Part shown: one piece after another, positions 1 to 18,124 of the stretch | Layout: each line of letters starts with the position of its first letter | Position numbering within the stretch: position 1 is the stretch's first letter | Source of the DNA: Catajapyx aquilonaris | Lineage: Eukaryota | DNA: 22,125 nt | Assembly (NCBI GenBank): GCA_000934665.2 | Contig: JYFJ02001304.1 | Coordinates: 62,001 to 84,125 of the forward strand | Direction: 5' to 3' | Translations under genes and position numbers: made by a program | The notes under the pieces: model-generated | What the model was told of the DNA's origin: nothing | The model's database searches: none | The model's input: the letters and a program-made list of their open reading frames with translations, nothing else

Positions 1-128
1 GCGCGAAACGTACACGATCAACTCCATCAGCCACGAACATATCAATTTATTCTGTAGGATTTCTCGTACAAATTGACACCTTCTGTGTAAAAATGCATTT
101 CGCATTGTCTCATTTCTATTTGAACCAG

Positions 129-8138
<8,010 letters not shown>

Positions 8139-8246
8139 TTGCATGTACTCTCCCGCCCTATATTCAATTACTTTTGATGTTTGCAGTAAAGTTACATTGT
8201 CCTTTACATGTATACCGACAATAAGGTTGTGACATGTATCCTGCAC

Positions 8247-8247
<1 letters not shown>

Positions 8248-8328
<81 letters not shown>
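8248..8328. repeat. (TAA)27 perfect microsatellite
   Basis: Uninterrupted TAA run starting 110 nt downstream of the RPTP stop codon. Confidence 0.98.
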
Positions 8329-8329
<1 letters not shown>

Positions 8330-8875
8330 CATCTGTATGTGATCTAGAACGTTTCAATGAGCCATTTATTACTCCACATTATGTTGAACCATGATTGTAA
8401 TGACAATTATTTCCTCCACATCATTATGTACTTCAATTTTGAAACATGACAAATATATAATGTACATTTTGCTGCCAGTAAAAACAATTAGATCGCCTTT
8501 GCATTACATGGTTCGAAACATTTTTGTTTGACTGTACATGAATGTCCCTACGGTGATTTTTATCGAACGTGTGTTCTCCAGCCAACGGATTTTCCTTCCA
8601 GTTTTTTTTTCTGGACAAAATCTGCCTGGAAACTGGTTTAATTGGCAGGATAATCGTCATCAGCGGTAAATATGGTTGCCCCAGGAGGGTCTGGGTTAGC
8701 ATTGACTAGCTTACATGGAACCCTCAAAAAAATTCATTGCTAAAGGACATTTTGGATATATGGTTCCTTTTCCAGGCTGAGTGGCCCTTATTAGTTTTAA
8801 AAAATATTTAAAGCATTGCAATTTTAAAAAAATCTGAAAATAGCTTTTCATATAGACAATCCGGCGTTCAAAAGG

Positions 8876-11608
8876 ATGCCTCCAAACACTGAAGAGATCA
8901 GCAGGAGATGCGTGGTGCCGATGTGCTCCAGCAACTGCTGCGGAGGAGGGGATTCCGGAGGACGAGGGACGTCCTTCTTCCCCTTCCCCAGCCACGAGAA
9001 GCTCCGAATGATGTGGATGCGGTCCATCCTCAAGCCAGACCATTCCTTGGTCTGCTCCAGACATTTCGACGAAGCAGACCTGGTTTCAACTGCCAACGAA
9101 GGATTGAAACTGAAGGAAAATGCTGTTCCACTGCTCAACTTGCCGCAACCTACTTCAAGAGCACCCACGAAAAATGTCCAGCGTTTACACGGAGGTTAGA
9201 ACATACTTCGCATACAAACCATATCGAAACATAACCTGAGAAGCACTTGTATGACCAATTATTAAGGAGTTGCATATTCTGCATTATTTACGTACACAAA
9301 CCCTGAGATTTTTTTTCCAATTAGCCTTCCCGCATCTGGCTCTAAGTCTGACAAGAAGTGGTTCCTCTAAATCCTTTCAGTGGTAGAAGCAGATGTAGCC
9401 ACAGCATCACCCCAGTTGATTGACTTGACCACAGAACCTTCAGATGACGAGTCGGATGCTATTGATGAGTCACCAGAATCCACTGAAAGGACCAGGGAAC
9501 CAGTGGAAGACACACGTCCAGGAGTCCAAAGTGACACTTCCACAAGCGGAGGAAATTGTGTAGTACGAGATTGCGGAAAGGAACAAGGGTAGGTTGATTG
9601 AAACTGCACCATTTTTCAGAATTAATGTGTGAGATGGGCTCATTTCGGTGCTAATTTGCAAGAGAGAGGTGTCGGTACCATCAGTATGATAGAAATTCTT
9701 ATCTGCTTCTATTCAGCATTTGGTGTCAGTCCTCATCCAGCTTTTTATTGAGGATTGATTGTTTACCAAAGTACTAATAAATTATGTAATTGCAGGAACT
9801 CGAGCAACCACTCCCAACTGGAATCTCAATCGATGCTTACCTTCTCACTGGAAGAGGTCAACGCAGCAGCTCAGAAGGAATTCGGAAATGTGCTCGTATC
9901 CATCGACATGGATCATCCTTATGCGCAATGCAAGGCGACCCAGTTCAAGTGCGGCTTGTGCGGTTTGACTTTCACCTCAAAGGATGCTGCGGCCAGTCAC
10001 GTTTGCATCGTTTCTACCAATGACCCGCTTGCAGTGGAGGGTATGCCAAGCCCATCCGCTGTTCCAAGTGTTACGCCCAGTGGGTCGTCCGAAGTTGTTG
10101 AGTTAAAGAGTACCGTGCTGTTCCAACCTTCTAATTCTGTTCTATTGCCATATGTAGTACCGATTAATTCAGAAGTGGACCCGGAATGGAAGGCTAGTTT
10201 CACAGGAGATACATGCAATATATGCGGCAAATTAATCGTAAGCATAAGGTGGAAAAAAGTTCACTACAACGATCACAAAGGAATCAGGCCATTCACGTGT
10301 GATGCATGTGGGCTGGGATTCTTTAGTAAGCAGCGTCTGAAGGAACACAAAGAAGCTCACTTGCGGGAGCCTGACCCTCATGTGGTGTATAATAGAAAAT
10401 TGACTCCTGAATGGAAGGCGAGCTTTACAGGAAATACATGCAATATATGTGGCAAAGTAATTGTAAACGTAAAGTGGAAACGATGTCACTACATCAATCA
10501 CAAAGGGATCAAGCCATTCAAGTGTGACAAATGTGGGAAGGGATTCATTGCAAAGGCGCGTCTGAAACGTCACCTGGAAGGTTGTGGGGAACTAACTCCT
10601 TATGATGGTTCATTAGCTGTTGGCGGAATCAAGGTAAAATGGAACGATAAAGCCATCAAGTCATTTTTGGAAGCGCATAAAAATGCTTTGCCAGCACATG
10701 AAGCTGTTCCGATCGATTTGCCAGCACATACAGATGCTCTGGTCACGTTATCTTTGCGATCACATACACATGCACCGATCAAGGTGTCTTTGCCAGCTCA
10801 TAAAGATGCTCCAATCATGGTGCGTAACAATGCTCTCAAGACGAAGGGGAATAAACCACTTGAATGTGAGTTCTGCGGAAAGCCTTTCACCTTCCAGTCT
10901 CGCTTGGATTATCACATGTTGAGCCACACAGGAGGAAAGTCATTCGTATGCGATGTATGCAACAAGGGGTTTCGCTTTAAAAATTCACTTCAGTTTCACA
11001 ATAGAACGTGCGTGAAGGAAGGGGAGATTCCATTGGGCGTTAAGAAACGATACGTGTGCGAAACGTGTGGAAAGGGATTTAGAAGAAAGTACGGATATGC
11101 CCATCATCGCTTTACGCATACACAAGAGAGGCCATATGTGTGCGAGATATGTTCAAAGTCTTTTATATATAAAACTGCTTTTGATGCCCATCGTTACATC
11201 CACACTGGAGAGAAGCCGCATTTGTGTGACGTATGCGGGAGGTCTTTCAGGGTCAAGGGTCAGTTGACACTCCATTACATGCGCCACACTGGGGAGAAGC
11301 CACACAGATGTGACATATGTGATAAAAGATTTCGCCTGAAAGGCGGGCTGGTTGTCCATCGCAGGATGCACACTGGGGAGAAACCCTTTCAGTGCGACAC
11401 ATGCGGGAAGAAATTCCTGATCGGATCAGCACTTCGGAGACACAAGAAAACACACAAACCCGAGAAAGTTCAGTTCACTTGCAACTCTTGTGGGCACGGA
11501 TTCTCCCGAAAGGCGGCTCTTGAGAAGCACAAGTGCGTCGCTGAGGAAGGAACGGACCTGGAGGAAACGACTGACCATGAACTTTTAGAAACTAATAGTT
11601 CATGGTGA
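8876..11608 (+). CDS. THAP-domain / C2H2 zinc-finger protein, paralogue 1 (about 779 aa)
   Basis: Exons 8876-9194, 9381-9588, 9796-11608 (phases 1 and 2; 2340 nt). THAP C2CH signature CVVPMC..FFPFP..W..VCSRHF..LKENAVP; HTGEKP-linked C2H2 fingers. Confidence 0.92.
10688..10825 (+). repeat. Degenerate in-frame 30-36-nt tandem repeat x4 (LPAH..AP) in paralogue 1
   Basis: LPAHEAVPID / LPAHTDALVTLS / LRSHTHAPIKVS / LPAHKDAPIMVR; units begin ttgccagc or ttgcgatc. Confidence 0.8.
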
Positions 11609-12081
11609 TTATTCTTACGCAGTGTCACCTGTGACTTAATCATGGACGGAAAATGAGACAACGATCCGATGTCATCGAGGTTCCTATTAAGGAGATACTA
11701 AAAAGCAACAATGAAAGAAAAGATGACGTCAGATCGTTCTCTCCTTTTCCGTACATTACCTAGTGTGTATGGCATTAAAAGCAATGATGTTGTTCATTTG
11801 CATATGACGTAATTTATTATTCAAACCCACGAAAATTGCTTTACCAAGCCATATGTTGAGAATGAATTTTCGTGACATTTTCAGCTGACGTATTGTATCG
11901 TGCTCCTGGAATAAGTTATTCCGTTGCATGAAATTGGAAGAAGTAGTTTCAGAATTAATTTGGAAAGTCAAAAAAAAAAGTCCAGTGATAAACATGATAT
12001 GTTAGGTGCAAATTTCCAGGGTTAATTATAATTATGATTCTGGATTTCAATAGGACACCTGCTGGAGTGCCTCATGGAAAT

Positions 12082-12114
12082 GTGGCGCAAAATTTTGTCA
12101 TGGCTGTACAAAAA
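12082..12114 (+). promoter_or_regulatory. Conserved upstream motif TTTTG.C(A/G)TGGCT(G/A)TACAAAAA, candidate promoter element
   Basis: Recurs about 250-330 nt upstream of the ATG of paralogues 2, 3 (15357-15389) and 4 (17772-17805) within otherwise diverged AT-rich DNA. Function is inferred. Confidence 0.5.
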
Positions 12115-12235
12115 TTCATGCCTTTGTGTTTCACAAACGTCGTTCCATTTCGGCGTCCGTTACTTTATGTCGGCTATAGTTTCCCTCCAGTTATTTCCTG
12201 GAAGGCGATGCGTGTCCAGGGCTGAGCTGGAAAAG

Positions 12236-12304
12236 GTACGGTTCCAGGCAGTCCCACAGATGCTTGCGAATCAGGCAGTGACACACTCTCTCTAATCATT
12301 ACAG
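12236..12304 (+). other. Probable 5'-UTR intron of paralogue 2 (homologues 15519-15591 and 18010-18076)
   Basis: gtac(g/a)g donor, ctaat branch-like site and cag acceptor conserved in three copies; lengths 69, 73 and 67 nt match local intron sizes. Confidence 0.65.
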
Positions 12305-12355
12305 GTACTACATAGGTGATTGATAAGCCGAGGGAAGCACCATAAGTTCCAAAGG

Positions 12356-15108
12356 ATGGTACGCTGGAGGATGGAACCATGGAAAGCATGGAAGGATGGA
12401 AACGCTGAAGAGAACAGCAGGAGATGCGTGGTGCCAATGTGCACCAGCAACTGCTCCGGAGGGGATTCCGGAGGAGGGACGGCCTTCTTCCCCTTCCCCA
12501 GCCACCAGAAGCTGCGGATGATGTGGATGTGGTCCATCCTCAAGCCAAACCATTCCTTGGTCTGCTCAAAGCATTTCGACGAGTCAGACCTGGTTTCAAC
12601 TGGCAACGGAGGATTGACGCTGAAGGAAAACGCCTTTCCGTTGTTCAACTTGCCGCAACCTACTTCACGACCAGCGACAGATAATGTCCAGCGTTTACAA
12701 CCAGGTTAGAACATGCTTCCATTGCAAACCACTTGTATAACAACAAATTAGCAGTCTGTAAATGACGAATTATGGATATTATACATTTCGTTTGCCTATC
12801 AATTAGCACCTGGCTCTAAGTCTGACAACTGTTCCTCTCAATCTTTGCAGTGGTAGAAGCAAACGTAAGGACATCGACATCCCAGTTGATTGACTTGACC
12901 GCAGGACCTTCAGGTAACGAGTTGGATGCTTTTGATGAGTCACCAGAATCCACTGAAAGGACCAGGGAACCAGTGGAAGACACACTTCCAGGTGTCCAGA
13001 GTGAAACTTCCACAAGCGGAAGAAAGGGCAAAGTAAAAAGATGTGGAAAGGCACGTTCGGACAGGTAGGTTGATTGAAACTGCACCTTTTTTTACAGAAT
13101 TAATGTGTCGCAGGAAATTTTTAGGTGAGGCACATAAAAATTGAGCATAATCTGGCAAGTTCCATGTTTGTAAGTGTGTTTAAAAAATATATATATAATT
13201 ATATGTATATCCTGGAAATGAGCTTTTTCTTAGACACACCGTGTATTTACTAAAGTATTAATGACTTTCCCTATTTGCAGGAACTCGGACAACAACATTG
13301 TCACATCCCAGCTGGAATCTCAATCGACGGTTACCTTCTCACTGGAAGCGGTCAACGCAGCAGCTCAGAAGGAATTGGAAGATGTGCCAATCGACATCGA
13401 CCATCCTTATGCGCAGAGCAAGGAGACCCAGTTCAAGTGCGGCTTGTGCGACTTGACTTTCACCTCAAAGGACACTGCGGCCAGCCATGTTTGCATCGTT
13501 TCTACTAATGACCCGCTTGCAGTGGAGGGTAGGCCAAGCCCATCCGCTGTTCCAAGTGTTACGCCCAGTGGGTCGTCCAAAGTTGTTGAGCCAAATAATA
13601 CCACACAGGTCCAACCTTCCTGTGCAGTACCGGTTAATTCAAAAGGGGCCACTGAATGGCAGGCAAGTTTCACAGGAGATAAGTGCAATTTATGTAGCGA
13701 GAGAGTAGAAGGAGTTAATTCGCAAAAACGTCACTACGACAACCACAAAACGAGCAAGCCATTTGTGTGCGAGACATGTGGGAAGAAATACGCTGGTAAG
13801 AATAGTCTGAAACATCACATGGACGTTCACTTGCTGGAATATTTTGCCGACTCGTTATCTAAAGCGGCAAGTAATAGAAAAAGGCCTGCCACGTGGAAGA
13901 CAAATTTCACCGGAGATGCATGCAATGTATGTGGCAAGATAGTAAAAGACATTAATTTGCAAAAATGTCATTACAAATATCACAAAGGGATCAAGCCATA
14001 TGCATGTGAGACATGCGGGAAGGGATATGATACTAAGTGGAGTCTGAAAATTCACAAAGAAGCTCACTTGCTGCTACGTTCTTCCAAATCTCAAGAGGCA
14101 AGTCATAGAGAATTGGCTGCCGAATGGGAGGCAAGTCATAGAGAATCGGCTGCCGAATTGGAGGCAAGTTATACCGGAAAGAAATGCAACGTATGCGGCA
14201 AGGACGTGAGTGAGAGGAGGCGGAAATGTCACTACTTCATTCATAAAGGGATCAAGCCGTATAAGTGTGACAAATGTGGGAAGGGATTTGTTGATAAGCA
14301 GAGTGTGAAACATCACCTCGTGGGACGTAAGGGACGACCTCCTTGTGATGGTTCAATACCTGATACAGGGTTATTTGAATGTGAATTCTGCGGAAAGACT
14401 TCTTCTGGCAAGGCTCGCTTGGATCGTCACGTATTGAGTCACAATAAAGGAGTCAAGTTATTTACATGCGATGTGTGTAACAAAGGGTTTTGTCTTAGTC
14501 GTTCCCTTCGGTTTCACAAGATGACCTGCGTGAAGGAGGGGGGTGTTCAGAACCTATTTGTGTGTGAGACATGCGGAAAATCATTTGTGAGAAAGAATTC
14601 ATTTATCTGTCATCGCGCAACACATGGGCCAGAGAGGCCATATGTTTGTGAGGTATGTGGAAAGTCATTTATTTGGAAGTCCACTTATGGTAAACATCGT
14701 TCCATTCATACTGGTGAGAAACCGCATTTGTGTGACGTATGTGGGGATTCTTTCCGGTCCGGATTTGAGTTGAAGCAACATTACATGCGCCACACTGGGG
14801 AGAAGCCTTACAAATGCGACATATGTGATAGAGACTTCCGCCAGAGAGCAGGGCTGGTTGCCCATCGTAGGATACACACTGGGGAGAAACCTTATCAGTG
14901 CGACACATGCGGGAAAAGTTTCAGAACATTTTCGGCAATCCTGGGACACAAGAATACCCACAAACGAGAAAAGGTCACGTTCAAATGCAACTCTTGCGGG
15001 AAAATATATTCGTGCAAGACCCGGTTGAAGAGGCACAAGTGTGTCGCTGAAGAAGGAACAGTCGTCTCGCCGGTCTCGGAGGGACTGGTTGACCAAGAAC
15101 TAAATTAG
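12356..15108 (+). CDS. THAP-domain / C2H2 zinc-finger protein, paralogue 2 (about 796 aa)
   Basis: Exons 12356-12704, 12851-13064, 13281-15108 (2391 nt). Same splice sites and phases as paralogue 1; ATG in the shared aaaggATG context. Confidence 0.92.
14095..14169 (+). repeat. In-frame 33-nt tandem repeat x2.3 in paralogue 2
   Basis: gaggcaagtcatagagaat(t/c)ggctgccgaat(g/t)g twice, then gaggcaagt: [25 protein letters not shown]. Confidence 0.93.
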
Positions 15109-15642
15109 GCACTAGTACATTGTGATTATTATTAATCATAATCAACTGTACGATCTTAGTCGCAGTGTATATGGCCTTTTTAAAAAAATAAAATAATAAA
15201 AAAGTTGTACAGCATGTGCATATTGCTGTCTGAATGAATTTTTCTAAAAGTAATTATTTAATTTTAATATCAGCTCACATGCCTTTAATATATTCTTGCA
15301 AAACCTGTTCCACACATACTTAAAATTTTGGTTATTAAGAAAACATGTCGCATTTAGTGCTATGAATTTTGGCATGGCTATACAAAAATAGTTGCCATTT
15401 TTATTTATTTTATTGTGTTGATGGCCTCCATTACTTTTGGTTGCCTAGTTTTGCCTCGTTTTGCTCCAGTTTCCTGGAAGGTCCTGAGTGCAGAAAGCTG
15501 CTGAACTGGAGAGGAAAGGTACAGTCCAGGCAGTCCCGCAGATGCGTTCCAATCAGACAACGACACACTCTAATTATTATTATTATTGCAGGTGCACATG
15601 TGATTGAAGAGGATCAGCCGAGGGAAGCACAAGTTCCAAAGG

Positions 15643-17554
15643 ATGGCTCCAAAGCCGGAAGAGATCAGGAGATGCGTGGTGCCAACGTGCACCAGCAACT
15701 GCGGAGGAGGAGGTTCAGCATCTGGTGGAGGAGGAGGGACGGCCTTCTTCCCCTTCCCCAGCCATGAGAAGCTCCGGATGATGTGGATGCGGTCCATCCT
15801 CAAGCCAGACCATTCCTTGGTCTGCTCCAGACATTTCGACGAGTCAGACCTGGTTTCAACTGGCGACCAAGGATTGAAACTGAAGGAAAATGCCTTTCCA
15901 TTGCTCAACTTGCCGCAAACGGAAAATGCCCTATGTTTACAACAAGGTTAGAACATACTTCCCATGCAAACCATGCCTAAACGTAACCTGCGAAGCACTT
16001 GCATGACAACAAATTAACCTGTAAGTGACGAATCATGCGGTTTTTTTCATTCGGTGACAATATGCACATTTTCCTCAATTAGCCGAAACACAACCGGCTC
16101 CAGGTCTGACAACTGTTTCTCTAAATCCTTTCAGTGGTAGAGGAAGACACAACCACAGAATCACCCCAGTTGATTGACTTGACCACCGAGCCTTCAGATG
16201 ACGAGTGGGATGCTATTGATGGGCCACCAGAATCCAGTGAAAGGACCAGAGAACCAGCCGATGAACCAGCCGATGACATTATTCCAGAAAGTGAACCTTC
16301 CACAATAAACGCCAGAAATTGCGAAGAACATGACTGCGGAAAGGAACAAGACGATCGGTAGGTTGATTGCAATATTGCGAAATTTTCTTGAATTAATGTG
16401 TCACGTAACTAGTATTTGGGCACATCTGGGTATGATTATTTTGTGTGACTTTAAATGCGGACAAGCCATATGTTATTGATTATTTTCTAAAATTTTATTC
16501 CTGCATCAGGAACTCGGACAACATTGTCCCATCCCAGCTGGAATCTCGATCGATGCTTACCTTCTCACTGGAAGGGGTCAACGCAGCAGCTCGGAAGGAA
16601 TTTGAAGATTATGTGCATGCATCCATCGACATGGATCATCCTTATGCGCAGAGCAATGAGGCCCAGTTCGAGTGCGACTTGTGCGGTTTGACTTTCGCCT
16701 CAAAGGATGCTGCGGCCAGTCACGTTTGCTTCTTTTCCACCATTGACCAACTAGAACTGGAGGATATGCTAAGCTCCGCTGTTCCAAGTGTTACGCCCAG
16801 TGACATCATTCCAGATTTGCCAGCTCCCAAGGGAAAAAAACCAATTGATTGCGAGTTCTGCGGAAAGACTTTTGCCAGAAAGTCTGCCTTGGATTATCAT
16901 ATGTGGAGTCACAAGGAAGGAAAGTCGTTCATATGCGACGTGTGCAACAAGGGCTATCGTTACAACCACTCGCTTAGGTATCACAAGAGAACCTGCGTGA
17001 AGGAGGGGGAGACTTCCTTGGACCCTAAGAAGGAATATACTTGTAAGACATGTGGGGAAACATTTGCGGGAAAGCATCGATTGTTCGTTCATCGCTTCAC
17101 ACATGAGAGGCCATATGTGTGTGGGATATGTTCAAAGTCATTTATGCGGAAGTCTTCTTTTGATGTCCATCGTTCCATCCATACGGGAGAGAAGCCGCAT
17201 TTGTGTGACGTATGTGGGAAATCTTTCAGGCTCAAGAATGAGTTGAAGTCTCATTACATGCTCCACACTGGGGAGAAGCCATACAAATGCGACATATGTG
17301 ATAGAGACTTCCGCCAGAGAGGATCGCTGGCTGCCCATCGCAGGGTACACACCGGGGAGAAACCCTATCAGTGCGACACATGCGGGAAGGATTTCAGAAC
17401 TTCTTCAGCTCTCACGGCACATAAGAAGACGCACAAGCCGGAAGACGTCGAGCTCAAATGTAACCGTTGCGGGAAAAGATTTAAAAGAAAGGCAGCTTTG
17501 GTTAAGCACAAGTGTGTCGCTGAGGAAGGAAACCGTCTCGGAGGGACTGGCTGA
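15643..17554 (+). CDS. THAP-domain / C2H2 zinc-finger protein, paralogue 3 (about 523 aa, lacks the EWxASFTG modules)
   Basis: Exons 15643-15946, 16135-16357, 16510-17554 (1572 nt). THAP and 8-finger array intact; last few codons are frameshifted relative to the paralogues. Confidence 0.9.
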
Positions 17555-17633
17555 CCATGAAGTAAATTAGAAACAAATAGTTCATGATGGGGATTATTCT
17601 AGTGAGCTTCATACGTGTACATGGCGTTGGAAT

Positions 17634-17639
17634 AATAAA
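17634..17639 (+). terminator. Polyadenylation signal AATAAA, paralogue 3 (equivalents: 15187-15200 in paralogue 2; ATTAAA 11774-11779 in paralogue 1)
   Basis: About 80 nt after the stop, in a shared context gtgta.(a)tgg...aataaa..gttgt. Confidence 0.65.
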
Positions 17640-17802
17640 GTTGTGTGCCATGTGTTTATATATAATGTCATTTTTATTGTTCATACCCATGGCCTGACTG
17701 CTCCTTACAAAAATTATGGGACATTTACTATTAAATTAATATTTCAGTTTTAAAAATTTTAGTCACTATAAGTGGCACATATTTTGTCGTGGCTGTACAA
17801 AA

Positions 17803-17858
17803 AAATCGATAAATCGATAAAGAAATCGAGAAAAAATCGAAAATCGAAAAAAATCGAA
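17803..17858. repeat. Six clustered AAATCGA units upstream of paralogue 4, two forming AATCGATA (DRE-like)
   Basis: aaatcgataaatcgataaagaaatcgagaaaaaatcgaaaatcgaaaaaaatcgaa. Confidence 0.75.
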
Positions 17859-18124
17859 TGTCTACATTCAAAATGGCGTCCGTTCCTTTTAGTCTTTTTT
17901 TTGGAATTCGTCTTGTTTCACTTTAAGTCATCCAGAGAGGATCAGAGTGGCCTGGAGGAAGTTTCCTGGAAGGCGATGCGTGTCCAGGGCTGAGCTGGAA
18001 GCGGAAAAAGTACGGTTCCAGGCAGTCCCACAGATGCGTGCCAATCAGGCAGTGACACTCTCTCTAATCATGACAGGTACATGGTGATTGAAGAGGACTA
18101 TAGCTGCACCACAAGTTCCAAAGG

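Noticed and set aside
1..53. Possible further upstream RPTP exon ending at gtagga (54)
   Set aside because: A 75-nt intron to 128 is plausible, but the peptide is too short and uninformative to support.
12208..12225. Short uORF MRVQG* in the leaders of copies 2 and 4 (also 17976-17993)
   Set aside because: Absent in copy 3 and explained by overall near-identity of those two leaders; the TSS is unknown.
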